Assembly (NCBI RefSeq): GCF_009914755.1
Contig: NC_060942.1
DNA length: 64,000 nucleotides
Origin: the human T2T-CHM13v2.0 reference genome, Homo sapiens
Direction: 5' to 3' (one strand)
In this document: positions 28,995-45,320 of the stretch, one piece after another
How positions within the stretch are numbered: position 1 is the stretch's first letter
How the letters are laid out: every line of letters begins with the position of its first letter
Translations under genes and position numbers: made by a program
The notes under the pieces: model-generated
Databases searched by the model: none
Told to the model about the DNA's origin: nothing
What the model saw: the letters and a program-made list of their open reading frames with translations, nothing else

Positions 28995-30315
28995 GTTAAA
29001 TTTAGCTTATAAATAATTAGCTTTTTGTTTATCAGGATAGATTCAGGGATATCTATATGATAAAACAACTCAAACTCACTTGCACGCTGACATGTTTCTT
29101 GCCTGGGAGACTGTGGGCCTGCTGAGAATTATATCTAACCTTGTGCTCTCATGACCCCCACAGCATAGTGAACCACCCTCACTGATGTACCTGGATAGTT
29201 AAATTACTCATACACTTATCAAATGTTCCTCTATCTGCCAAACCAGGAACAAAGAAAACTGGCAGGTACTACTTGGGGTCTTTTCAAAATCTAGGCTTTC
29301 CTTGGAAACGCACTCTAGTTCCCTGCCCCGCCCTCGTGTGTGATGGGGTGGGGGTGGTTGGCTCTGAGGTACACGTTTGAGATGGGAATTCCATGCAGGC
29401 AGCTTTAGGGAATGGCTTCTGCCCTGTTAGACAGGAGCCCACGAACAATGCTGGTGTGAGTATGCTCCGAGGGGAGACACAGGAAGGGAGATGGGGCCTG
29501 GACGCCTCTCCTCAGCTGCCAGAGTCATCCCTGTGGCAGCCGAGGGCCTCTCTCACTGCTCCCTGGCCAGGCAGGGAGACTTGGAGGGGGCCAATATTTT
29601 CGCAGTTTGTGAACTTGCCTTATTAGTTGGGGGATGATTTCCTAAGGACTTGAAAGGAATATCTGAACATAGAAACCCGCAGGAGGGATTAGGAGTCCTG
29701 TCATCCCAGGAGAGAAGGTGGCATTACCTAACCGTGTTCCCTCACAGTTAGGCCCTGGAGGGGAATGGGAACATTCACTGCAGACTGTCAGTGTCCAACT
29801 CTCTGGAGGTCAAAGCGAGTCCTGCCCTTTCCCCAGCAGTCACTTTGCTGCTCTCCTTTGTCCTGCACTGAGGTCCAGAAGCCCTTGAACACAGCTGTGA
29901 GGGTTTTAGGAATGTTTTTGTTTTCCTTACACCAGAGAAGCCTGTTTTAAACTTGCAAAATGACAACTTAAAAAAAAAAGTGCTGATGATTGGCAGATGG
30001 ATGAAGCCCTGAGACCAAAACTATATTCACCTGCCAACCCACATACCATCCAAGACTAATTTTAGCTACAGTCTCAGTTTTAACCCCGTCTTCATCCAAG
30101 AAAGTGGTTGTTGAACTCTGCCTGGGCTAGGCTTGGGACCAGACACCAGTGAGGCTGTGATCTTGCAGACATCCAGCACTTCCCTTTACCCCAAAGCAAT
30201 CTAAAAATCTTGCTCCAACACCTTATCTATCCAGTGGGCCATCTAGCATATAGGTAACTCAGCCATGGCTGAGAAAGAAAATAAATAAACAACTTTGCTG
30301 TTAGCTATCATTTCT

Positions 30316-30390
30316 TACACACACACACACACACACACACTCACCTGCACACACATACACTAATTCACACACAAACATAGACACACATAC
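30316..30390. repeat. (CA)n and CA-rich tract
   Basis: Direct reading. Confidence 0.9.
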
Positions 30391-30560
30391 CTGTACCACA
30401 ATCACTCATATCTACCACCTCCTCTCCACTCTTCAACACTCACATGTTTCCACACAGGCGGTGTGATGCAATGGAAAGATCCTTGACTTTGGAATTAAAC
30501 CAAATGGCCATGTGATTTTGGGCATATTCGCTAAAGTCTCACAGGCTCCATATCTTTCTG

Positions 30561-30733
30561 TTTTTTTTTTTTTCTTTGAGATAAGGTCTTGTTATGTTGC
30601 CCAGGCTGCAGTGCAGTGGCTATTCACAGGCATGATCACAGCACACTGCAGCCTTGAACTCCTGGACTCAAGTGATCCTCCTGCCTCAGCCTCCTGAGTA
30701 GCCAGGACTACAGTTGCATGTCACCGTTCCTGG
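30561..30733 (-). mobile_element. FAM/FRAM fossil Alu monomer inside a MIR (~30460-30850)
   Basis: 7SL-like gtggctattcacaggcatgatc segment. Confidence 0.75.
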
Positions 30734-31336
30734 CTCCTCAGTTTCTTAATCTGCAAAAAGGATGCACATACTTACTTTACAGGATTTTTGTGAGGACTAG
30801 AAAGAAGTGAACTAACATATATAGGCAGTGTGCTAAATGGGTACATACTGCCAAAAATGTTTGTTCCTTTATACCCTACCTTCCCCAGAGCGTATAGTCT
30901 ACACTCTCACACACACAGTAATACTCATACACTATAGTGTATTGTTTCTCAAAAGTATGCCCATTCTCCTATCAAGACTCACCATCTAAACTTAATGCAG
31001 GGAAATCACTGCCCTCTCTCTTCCTATTGCTCACATGGAAAGTATCTTGGAATTCTTTGACTACTGACCCCCAATTGAGTGAAGATTCTCTGATAACCAA
31101 GCCTGATACACTGAGTTTTCCTTCTCACATCTCCTGTATTCTTGACAGCTGTAGAGCAGGTATTTTGAGGGTGAGAGATGGGGCTGTGACACAAATCATT
31201 AAAACCCCAATTTCTGAATGCTGATGGCTCTTTCTGGGCCTCTTAATGTGAGATCTTAGGTGGAAAAAAATGGTGAGAGTGTGTCTCCACTCCTTCTCAA
31301 GAGGCTTGGGGCCCACCAGGTTTCCTCCCATCCCCC

Positions 31337-31810
31337 CTGTATCAGCAAGGATGCTTTCAGCTGCTGTAAGTAATAGAGAACACAACTGGTAGCAATGCGA
31401 ACTGTAAGAACAATTATCTCACTGAGAAGTAGCATGGAAACAGGTGATTTCAGGGTCGGTGCAGTGGCTCCACCACATCATGAAGACTCGGGTGCATCCC
31501 ATTTGCCAATTTGCCATCTGCATTTTGGTTGTGTCTCCCCTTGGGGTCATGAGTTGACCACAGCAGTCCAAGGTGCTACATTTCCTCATCAAATGGGGAA
31601 GATAGCATTATGTAGGAGGAAAATCTTTCCCAGAAGCCCCTCAACAGGTTCCATAGGCCAGAATTAGGTCATATACTCACTCCTCAGCTGCAAGCGGAGC
31701 TGGAAAAGTGGGTGAATGGCACTGTCACCTCTGCAGAGGGCAATGGGCTCTTCAGCAAGGAAGACAGGTTGAGAGGATGCTTTTCGGGTAGGCAACCATG
31801 GGCATCTGCC
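31337..31810 (-). mobile_element. MLT1J-like LTR
   Basis: gatgctttcagctgctgtaagtaatagagaa...ccagaagcccc...ggccagaattaggtcata. Confidence 0.55.
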
Positions 31811-32404
31811 ATATTTCCCTGGTTTCTAGTTCTCCAAGCATCAGACAGCAATATCTGAAAAGTCCAAGTCCCACTTGTCCACTCTCAGCTTGTTTTCTCT
31901 GTAGCTTGCAATCTGTTGCTGGAATGTGGAGGTTCCTGTTTCTGGATCATGGTACACCATTTCCTGTCATCGTCTCTTGTCATTTTGTTCTGTTGGCCAG
32001 AGCCCAAATCATAGGTGCCAGTTTGTCAGCAGTCTGACTGGTGGCCCCAATACTTGTTGCACTCTTCTCGTTGTCTCTTTGAAAAGCTGTCTTCCTGCTG
32101 TGCCTGTATCCAAGCAGCTCTATTCCCCTTCAATAGAGTGTGAATCCTATCTTCAGAGAGGTGGAACTCTAAGACAGCCTTCTCTGGCTGACTTCAATAG
32201 GGTCTGGCAGCATATTGTCTGGTTTCTTTGTTTTGTCCCCTTACTTATGAGTCTGAGAGAACACAGTTATAACCATAACTCAGGGGATCACACCCATGGA
32301 AGGGCACTGCTGTGATTCTCCTCCAGTGGGTTGGTTTCCAGGAGTGCTTGTGTGCACTGATTCACATTGTGTTTCTGACTAATACAGATGAATATTTTTT
32401 CCCT

Positions 32405-32776
32405 ACCTAAATCTCATGTTGAAATGTAATCCCCAATGTTGGAGGTAGGGCCTGATGGGAGGTGATTGGGTCATGGGGGCTGATCCCTCATGAATGGCTT
32501 AGTGCTGTCCTCGCGATAGTGAGTGAGTTCTCACAAGATCTGGTTGTTTAAAGTGTGTGGCACCTCCCCTCCACTTCCCACTCCTGCTTTCTGCATGAGA
32601 TGTGCAAGCTCCTAGTTTGCCTTCCATCATGACTGTGGCTTCCAGAGGCCTCCCCAGAAGCAGATGCCGGCGCTGTGCTTCCTGTACAGCCTGCAGAACC
32701 ATGAGCCAGTTAAGCCTCTTATAAATTACCCAGTCTCAGATATTTCTTTATAGCAATGCAAGAATGGCCTAATACA
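32405..32776 (+). mobile_element. MST (A/B) LTR
   Basis: aaatctcatgttgaaatgtaatccccaatgttggagg...ggcctaataca. Confidence 0.85.
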
Positions 32777-32779
32777 CTG

Positions 32780-33093
32780 ACTCATCAGTTATAATTACAT
32801 CAGACTGTTAAAAACAGAAACCTGATTGTGATGAACCAAACAGAGATTTTATTTTTATCATGCAAAAAGAAATCTGGAGGAAGTCTGTCTAGAACTGATA
32901 CAGTATATCCACAGTGCTATCAGAGACCCAGGCTTCCTCATTCTTCCTGCTTTGCCATCTGTAGTGTGTGGCTTCTGTGCTCATGTGTGCAAGATGACTG
33001 TTTCACCAATAGGAATTGCATTTTGTTTCAGGCAGGAGAAAGGGAGAAAGATCATCAAAAAGGCTAAGACAGACCTACCTACCTTTATTTCTT

Positions 33094-33165
<72 letters not shown>

Positions 33166-33530
33166 TCCTTTCTTTCTTTTTCTTTCTTTTTCTTCTTTTT
33201 CTTTCTTTCTTCTTTTTCTTTTGTTCATTCTTTCATTCTCTCTCTTTCCCTTTCTGTCCCCTCCCTCCCTCCCATTTTCCTTCCTTCCTTCCTTCCTTCC
33301 TTCATTCCTTCCTCTTTCTTTCCTTCATAAGGTAGCAATTAAGTTTTTCTAGAATAGCCACGCTATTGGCTTCTACTTTACCTTTTTGACCAGAACTACA
33401 TCCCATAGCCACTTCCCTTCCTACAAGGGAATCTAAGGGAGGTATGAATGCATGTTGCCCAATAAATTGGTGTTCTAATAAGGAAGAGGAAAGAATGGAT
33501 ACTGGGTTGGCAGCTAACAGCGTCTGCCAC
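32780..33530 (-). mobile_element. MLT1J-like LTR containing a pyrimidine microsatellite
   Basis: Degenerate MLT1 motifs on both sides of the repeat. Confidence 0.45.
33086..33325. repeat. (TTTC)n/(TTCC)n polypyrimidine tract
   Basis: Direct reading. Confidence 0.95.
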
Positions 33531-34879
33531 GGAAATCCCTCCCTTCAGGTCAGATGTGTCCTGGGGGAAACTGCAGTAAACCTGAGAGTCATGGAAACGT
33601 CCCATCTGCCATATTCCACCAAGGCACTTAGTCCCTACTTGTGAAGAGTGCCTTAAGAATCTCCTAAATTTTCCAGAACACTGGTAGATATTTGCATAAG
33701 GGCATTTCTGCAGGATCCCTGGTTTCCTAAAATGATGAATATTCACTTGAGCCTTTTGTCTCTCTCCTTCTCTCCCGTCCTCAGTCTCTCCCTTCCTTCC
33801 ACAAATAATTTTTGAGTCCCTCATTTGCATCAGACAATGTGCTAGGCACCTAGGGACACAGGCAGATGTTGCTCCTTCCTCTCCTGAACAAATGCAAGTT
33901 TGACTACTGGAGGCCAGACAAGAATTGTGACTCTCGGGTGGACATCACCTGTTTGGAAGCAGCCGGGCAAGGGAATGTGCTTGCGGCTTGCAATGAGTTC
34001 AAGAGATTTCTGGAAAATGTGTTTGAGTAGTCTGCCATATTTGTGAAAAGTTACTCTGAGAGGCAAGACATAAGCCCTGGATCTTTCTGAAGGGCTGAAG
34101 TCATCCCTGATCCTCCAGCTGTTGACATCGCACATGTATGTGGGAAGCTTGTTTTCCCAGTTACAGATGGCTGGACAAGTGAACTCAACTTCACACAGCA
34201 TGGTGCCAGACTCTCCTTGGCTCCCACTCCCATCATTCAGGATTCTTGCTGGTGATGTATGCAGGAGGTACACCAGTAGGGGAGACCAGGCCTAAAGAGG
34301 CTTATGGCAGTACAGTCACACATCCATGTCTGGGTCACAACTCTTTCTTGAAAAGTTCTTAACCTGTAGATAAGAAAGCTATGCATGACATCCAATTACA
34401 CATGAAAGGGAGAAGGTGTCTGCTAGGGAAAATCTGAATTAATCAGGAATGACTATTAAAATGTTCTACTATTAATAACTACTTACACTTTTAAACAAGT
34501 TATACCTTTCAAAATGATAATGTATACTTGATCTCATTTGGGCTTTACAAGAATTTTACTGTAAAATCTATATCATATTATATATTTAAATATTTAGAAC
34601 TCTTTTACTTCTACCTAACAAAGCCAATAAAATGTACATAGACACTGAATATTAATATCTTAGGAACACTAAACCTCAAATGTTTTACTTTCTCCTTTTG
34701 TTTGCTTCATGATCCTGTTTTTTTTCCACATGTGTTTTTGTACTTGTGCAATTCTCCCCCGACCTTTACACATTTTTGTTACTGCAGAGCATCTTTATCC
34801 CTGGAATTTCATTTTTGATGTTCTACTGCAGCTCATTTCTTTTGTTTATTTTTTGCTTTTTGAGTTTTTAGAGACAATG

Positions 34880-35010
34880 TTATTGAGGTATATTTGGCGT
34901 ATATTAATAGTAAACCACACATATTTCAAAGTAATAATCTGATATGTGTTGACATATGTATAAACCCATAAAACCATCACTACTGTCAAGACAGTGAACA
35001 TACTCATTTA
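34880..35010 (-). mobile_element. L1 3' end fragment
   Basis: ttattgaggtata...aaaccatcactactgtcaagacagtgaaca. Confidence 0.55.
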
Positions 35011-36170
35011 TTTCAAGTGCCTTCGGTGGGTCTTTATTATTTGTAGTCAAAAGAAACTTAACTCAGATACCATCTTATTGACATTTTCTGGTTCTTAATA
35101 AATTTGTAGGGACTCTCTGCCTGGTTCTGTACCCTTGGGGCTGTCAGTTCACCCTGGACCTCGGCTCTAATAAGTGACCCCATAGTCCATGCATCACTAC
35201 CTCCCATTTCTCTTTCAGCAAGTCCTGTCCATCTCATGGAGTGGTTGAAAGAGCATAGTCTGGAGTTGGGAGACTGAGACCACACTTCTGCCTTTCCTCT
35301 TTTCAGATGCATGACTTTGGACAATGATGATAATCGTGATGTAGATTTCACCAGGTTGTTTAGGATCACATGAGAATCTCTTTATGTAACATGCTGCTAA
35401 TATGGAAGTTTGTGTATAGACATCAAGTCAGATATATGTGATATTTCAAAATCAAATCACCAAATGGACAATTTACAAAGAAAATGTCATCAAACTGGTT
35501 CAAGACCTCTTGAATCCTTGCCTATTTTAAGGCAAGGAAAAGAGCCAAGAAAGGAGAGAGGAACAAAGATTGTGTGAGGGAAGTATTTTCTTGGGAGAGA
35601 ACTATCGCCATGATGTATATCTCCCACACCTTGAAGTCCATTGGGAGCAGATGGCTTGAAGGTGTCCATTCAGAGAACTTGTCATGTGTCCCTGTGGTTG
35701 GGGGAAGAGGCCTAGCAGCAGCAGGATAGGTGATTTTCCTGACCTCCAAGGGATGTGGAGGGCTAAGGATTATATAGAAGGGTTTCCCTGCAGTCAGAAG
35801 TTGGCCTCACTGGAGGGAGAAATGGGCTAGAAGAGTCCAGGAGGCCCTGACAGTCTGCGTGGAGTGGACTGCAGAGGTCGGTGGTAATTGACAGGGTGCG
35901 GTCCCCTGAGGAGCACAAGGCAGGACCCATATGGTGGGAGTGGCCAGAGAGGAACAGCAGAGAGGCTTTCAGGGAGCCCAAGAAAGCACCCGCAGGGGAA
36001 GGAGTCTGCCTACCTGGCCATGAGAGCTGAAGCTATCAGCCACAGATAAATTCCTTGTCCCGCCTTACTCCTTCCCTTTTCACTCCCCATATGTCGGCCT
36101 GGGAGCACTTCATACCACCTCCAAGGGGTTTGGAAGCATGGGGGGGAGTCCCATCTTTGTGGGTGTTCTA

Positions 36171-36530
<360 letters not shown>

Positions 36531-36606
36531 TCATAAGACCTGACTATACATTCATCCAGAAAAAAAGGATATTTTAAAGGAAAGTGAAAGATAAATTAAA
36601 ATTGTG

Positions 36607-36937
<331 letters not shown>

Positions 36938-37010
36938 CAAAATTGTGTTATTATTATGTTTGTTTATTATACAAATGACACTCAAACTGTAAAATATACA
37001 ATTTAGTTAC

Positions 37011-37202
37011 TGTTTTAGACCATTTGCATTGCTATAAAGGAATACCTGAGGCTAGGTAGTTGTTAAAGAAAAAGGGTTTTTCGGCTCATGGTTCTGCAGG
37101 CTATACAACTGTACAAGAAGCATGGCACCAGGCCCCACCTCCAATGCTGGGAATCAAATTTCAACCTGACATTTGGAGGGGACAAATATCCAAACTCTAC
37201 CT
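37011..37202 (-). mobile_element. MSTB-like LTR with internal deletion
   Basis: Both LTR ends present, joined at caccag; TSD gttac. Confidence 0.75.
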
Positions 37203-37254
37203 GTTACTATGTTCAGTACATCCTTTACCTCCAGCGCTTTTCTTCTTGCATACT

Positions 37255-37445
37255 TAATGTTCTCAACCTTAAATTGCATTGAAGTGTCTGGAGGTCTTGG
37301 CGAAGCACAGATTTCTGGACCCCACCCCCAGAGTGTTTGATTCAGTGGGTCTAGGGTGGAAGGCCAAGGGTTTGAATTTCTTACAAGCTCCCAGATGATA
37401 CTGATGCTGCTAGTTTGAGGACCACACCTGGAGGGCCACTGCTCT
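37255..37445. mobile_element. MER5A
   Basis: ttctcaac...cccaccccca gagtgtttgattcagtgggtctagggtgg...gaccacac. Confidence 0.75.
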
Positions 37446-37639
37446 AAAACCCTGATGCTCAAACTTGGCTGTCACTGGCACCACCTGGGGAGATTCAACA
37501 AATACTGATGCTTGGGCCCTACCTCCAGATATGTTATTTAATTCTTGTGGCCTGTACATCATGGATTAAACACTCTCCAGGGAATTAGGGGTGGAATATT
37601 TATTTTTAGTTAAGTCTGTTTTACTTACTTCCTCATTGA

Positions 37640-38066
<427 letters not shown>

Positions 38067-39359
38067 TAACATGTACCATAACTCTTTAAAACCAAAAGGA
38101 TGTTTGAAACTCTCCCCCTTCCATTATTTCTCTTATGAAAAAAAAATCTTCTTTGTCTAATAAGATATAGCTCATCCCCAATTCTACAAAATTTCTTGCC
38201 TATTGAGAAACTAATTTCAGTTATTACTATGGGATGTTGAAAAAGACTTTATCTTACACCTTAGGCTTCACAATCTATAATTTTTCCCTCCTACCATCCA
38301 GAAAATTCTACTAATTTACTTCTCTTTCTGGTGTGTGTATATTCCAGGAATGCGTTTGTAAATGTTCTTTATTCACATGTCCTCACAAATCAATAGAAAT
38401 CATTATTGAAGGCTTAAAATGCACCAGATATTGTGAGAATTATTTTCATTTTACGTACCAGAAAACAAAAGCTTAAGAGGTCTTCAAATTCATAATTAGA
38501 GAGTTATGTATATAGCTTTATAGGTCCCCTTTTTGTCCAAATACTTACTATCTACTGTTAGTAAACAAAGAGAAGGAACGCATTCAATTTTGGCTAGTCC
38601 AGTAGCCCACTGGCCATTAATTCTTCAATCGACCTTCCCAAACTCTTCCCAGAGCCCTTATTTGATATAGGTTGAGTTCTGATGAGTTTCCATGTGTACA
38701 CCTTTTAAAAGACACAGTTGAAATATTCTTGCACAAAGGAAAGATTACTTTTGGGAGGCAGCTTCACATTTTGTTATTCCCAGTCTCCCGTTCATCTGCA
38801 GCATTATAAATATGCATCTGGCAACTGAGATTTTCAAACATCTTCGTTCTGTATATTAAACACAATTCTACTTCCATATCTTTCCCTTTGCCTATTATTG
38901 ACTTGTGGGAAGACCCCTAAACCCACTCCCTTTATGTATAATACAAATGCTCTCTAGGCATTAAGCTTTATTTCTTGCGGAAAAATCATATCCACTTTCT
39001 TCTCTCTTAGGGCCATGCCAACTGTGACTTTAATGTTTTGAATCTTACTATTTTTATGCATTCTTAAATCGTGCCTTTTCTATATGGATGTAATTTTACT
39101 AAGAATTACCCGTTGATTTCTTTATCCTCTTTGCTTCCAATCTTTCCTCTACTAGGATTGGGGTCCCTGTGTTCTGAACCCACGATTCTTATTTTCTTTG
39201 GGCTTCCTCCATATTAATTCTTCTGTTGTCTTCTTTTCCTCCACTGTTGATTCACTAGACATAGGTGATGGCTTCCTTTTCTCTCCATGAGTTAGATTTT
39301 CCCCAACGCTTTTGCCCATAGCTTTTATGAATTTACCATTTTATTACCTTATTTACTTA

Positions 39360-41237
<1,878 letters not shown>

Positions 41238-41304
41238 TAGGATGCCCCCTGACTTCTCTGGGGGCACATACACTAACTCCATGGTTTATGTCTCACTCTC
41301 TCTC

Positions 41305-41618
<314 letters not shown>

Positions 41619-41944
41619 TAGAGTCTCATTTTTTTCATACTTTTAAATTTTTTTAGAGACAGGGTTCCCCATGTCAAACCCCTTCTCTGTCTGCTACTTT
41701 GCTGGAACTATTATTCCATCTTAGTATATAACTCATGGGAAGTTTCCTGGACGAAGCAGGCCTTGAGCTGCAAGGGGCTAATCTAATATGTAAAGGACTG
41801 CTAGAAATCACCAGGAGACAGACCTACAAACCAATAGAAAAATGAACCAAGGACAGGAACAGCCAGTTCATAGAAAAATAAATTAAAAGGACCTTAACAC
41901 ATGAAAAGATGCTGAACTTTGCTTATAATAATAAGCAAATGCAT

Positions 41945-42390
41945 AAAATATTATACACTATAGTATTAATATAAAATCACACAAATTTGTATTGTAATAG
42001 TTATATATTATGTATATGTCAATATATAATTAATAATTATAAATGCACAATTCTATTATTAATATATAAAGTAATTATTACATAACATAATTATATATTA
42101 GTTATATAATTAATATATAACATATAATAATTATAACTAATATATAATTATATTATATATTATAATTAATTTATAATATATAATATATAACATAATAATT
42201 ACATTATATATTAATACTTATATATTAATGTACTAATTATATATTATATATTATTATATAGCATATAATAATATATAAATATATAATATAATCATATTAT
42301 ATATCAATAATTATATTATATAGTAATATATTATAATACTATATAATTAAATACTATATAATTATATTATATTTAATTATATATGTAAAA
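41945..42390. repeat. AT-rich low-complexity (TA/TAT)n tract
   Basis: Almost exclusively A/T over ~445 bp. Confidence 0.95.
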
Positions 42391-42442
42391 TACCAAAAGG
42401 AATAATAAAAGAAGTGTCCATTAATGCTACAATAAAATATTA

Positions 42443-42732
42443 CAGTAGTCCCCCTTATCTGTGGTTTTGCTTTCCATGGTTTCCATTATCTGTGGTACAA
42501 TACAATAAGATATTTTGAAAGAGTACATTTACATAACTTTTATTACAGTATATTGTTATAATTGTTTTATTTTATTATTAGTTATTTTTATTACTCTCTT
42601 ACAGTGCCTAATTCATAAATTAAACTTTATCCTGGGTATGTAGAGGAAAAACACAATAGATACAGGGTTTGGTACTCTTGCATTCACTGGGAGTCTTTGA
42701 TTGTATCCCTTGTGGATAAGTTGGGACTACTG
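42443..42732. mobile_element. MER44-like (Tigger7) MITE
   Basis: TIRs cagtagtcccccttatc/gataagttgggactactg with TA TSD. Confidence 0.85.
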
Positions 42733-43650
42733 TATTTCTCACCTATCAGGATGGCAGAACTCTGATCCTCTAACTTTCAAGAATTCATAAAGATCAAGTC
42801 TGGCACACAGACTGGCTTCGCACTTCTTTATGGTATTACTCAATTCTAGATAACACTAGAACAATGAATAGTACGACGATTATAGAGTCCTTGGGGTGGA
42901 AAATGACTCAATAGTTTTGCATCCAGCTAAACTGTGTAAAAGTAAATAAGCAATTGACAAATATTTTCAAATAACAGAACTTAAAGGATATATTCATGGC
43001 TGCCACATAAGGCCACTTTTTGCATAGACTCTAATATGAATGAATGGTGCTCCCTGGATATGGGCAGTGTACAGCCTGCACAGATGTACATAACAGTCTT
43101 GAATACAGTTCCTGTAAGATCTTGAAAAAACACTAAACGACAAAATTTAGCTGTCCAAAAGATGAATACAGAACCAGAGCATAAAGATTGACAGGAATAA
43201 AACTAATACAGCAGTGGCAATTATGGTTACGGAACTCATAAAATTTATAAAGAAAGGCATTGTAGAAAAATGATAACTAAAAGCACCAGATGGTAGAGGA
43301 AGTGAGAAGGCGGGCAGCAGTGTAAGTATCAGATCTTCTCTGTTTTCATAGCAGGTGATGCAAAGATATTAAGTTTGCTAAATCAAGCAACAGGATACCA
43401 GTACATGCACACATATAAAGTAAAATAATAGAAGAAACAAATATAACCAATCAAAAATGAGTAATAAAGGGGAGAGAAGGGGAGGAGGAGATAGGTTAAT
43501 TTCCTATTCATTTATAATGTGGGCCGAGAGATTTTCTTAAAAAACAGAGAATTAAGTTGGATTTTTCCTATATATTAAAAATCAATAAATAAAAATTATA
43601 AACATCACTGTTTGAAAAGCAAAAACATTACCGTTAAAAGGCTGGGCTCT

Positions 43651-43788
43651 GGCTGGGCATAGTGGTTCATGCTTGTAATCCCAGCACTTTAGGAGGCCAA
43701 AGCAGGAGGATCACTAGAGGTCAGGAGTTTGAGACCAGCTTGGACAAAATAGCAAGTCTCCGTTTCTACAAAAAATCAAAATAAAAAA
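43651..43788 (+). mobile_element. FLAM/Alu left monomer
   Basis: Monomer with A tail. Confidence 0.85.
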
Positions 43789-43913
43789 CTGTGCTCTGAA
43801 GTCAGACTGTCTGGCTTTGAATTCTAACTCACTTGTTAGTTGTGATACCTTGAACAAATTCATAGAACTTTCTGTTCCTTAGTTCTCTCATTTGTAAAGT
43901 GAGATTTTTAACA

Positions 43914-44229
43914 CAGGTTGAGTATTCCTTATCTGAAATACTTGGGACCTGAAGTGTTTTGGTTTTTGAATTTTTTCAGATTTTGTAATATTTGCATATA
44001 CATAATGAGATATCTTGGGGATGAAACACATATAAATGCAAAATTCCTTTATGTTTCACATACACCTTTTACACATAGCCTGAAGGTAATTTTATACAAG
44101 ACGTTTAATAATTTTGTGCATTTTGACTGTGACCTGTCACATGAGGTCAGGTATGAAATTGTCCACTTGTGGCATCATGTTGGTGCTCAAAAAGTTTCAG
44201 ATTTTGGAGTATTTTGGATTTTTAGACTT
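43914..44229. mobile_element. Tigger4a-like element inserted in a MIR
   Basis: caggttgagtattccttatctgaaa start; MIR sequence on both sides. Confidence 0.75.
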
Positions 44230-44849
44230 CATAAGATTGCAAGGAATGAATGCAATAATGAATCTAAAATGCTTAGCCATAAATGCTCAATAAATGTTAG
44301 CTATTATTATTGCCATTTATTATTTTCATCATGAAGCATATATTAGACTTGTACAGAACACCAAATTGAAATAGATTCTGAACCTTTGGGGTTCCTGTGC
44401 ATATTGAATAGATAGAAATGCCACACTGACACGTCCCAGATATATTGAGAACAAAATACTGTTACTTTTAATGTAGAGGCTACAATTTTAGAAGAAATCA
44501 CGATACCAACATAATCAAATGACTTATCATTATTCTAGTAGAAGTCGAATGTCAGTCTTTTGCAGATCCCTGTCATGTCTGTGTGGAGATTATATTTCTA
44601 TTTACCTAATATTTTTCTTTACTATTTACCTAATATTTTTATTTAAATCATTTTAAAATCTACTCACTTTTAAAAAACAATCTCATGCTAAGTAATTATA
44701 TTCATAAAATCATTTTTGATATGGTTCAAATTTTTAAACATGTTATTAAATCTGTGATTATAAAAATACTAGTCCATATGCCACCTAAAGTTATCCTGAG
44801 TACTACCAATGGTTCACATAATGCACTTTGAGGAGTTCTACTTTTTATT

Positions 44850-45320
44850 CCTTTAATAATTCATTTTGAGCACCTACTATGTAGTAGGCACTGTTCTAGG
44901 CAGTTGAGGTACAGCAGCAAGTTTAGCACAGAAAAATTCTTGCCTTCATGGAGCTTACATTCTAGCAAGATAACAAATAACATAAAAACAATTTATAGTA
45001 TGTGAGATGGTGATATGCATTATGCAGAAAGGGAAAGGAGAGATGGGTAGTGTTGGAAGAAGGACAAGGGGATAGATTGTCATTCATCCTGTTAGAAAGG
45101 TCCCATTCAGAAAAATTCTAAGATTGGGGAGTAAATAAGCCATATGCATATTTAGGGAAGAGAATTCCAGGCTAATGGAAGAGCAAGTTCAAAGGCCCTG
45201 GTGTAAAAGTATGCCTGGCATGTTCAAGGAACAACAGGAAGGTCAGTGTGTTTGGAGTACAGTGAGTGAGGAGGAGACTGGTAGATGAGGGAGGTCGGGA
45301 AAGTAATGAGGGCAAGGAGG
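44850..45320 (-). mobile_element. L2a 3' end
   Basis: ttgagcacctactatgtagtaggcactgttctagg...gccttcatggagcttacattctag. Confidence 0.8.

Noticed and set aside
32952-33335. F/L/S-rich hydrophobic ORFs
   Set aside because: Translation of the (TTTC)n microsatellite
33396-34273. Two ~143-aa minus-strand ORFs
   Set aside because: No recognisable domain, partial overlap with MLT1/L2 relics, and no convincing splice or promoter context
38100-39330. AT-rich stretch without an assigned repeat
   Set aside because: No ORF or RNA motif recognised; probably a highly decayed LINE, which I cannot resolve without a search
44598-44640. 24-bp period duplication (ctatttacctaatattttt), plus small duplications near 10-38, 45358-45419 and 48318-48357
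   Set aside because: Ordinary slippage events with no further signal
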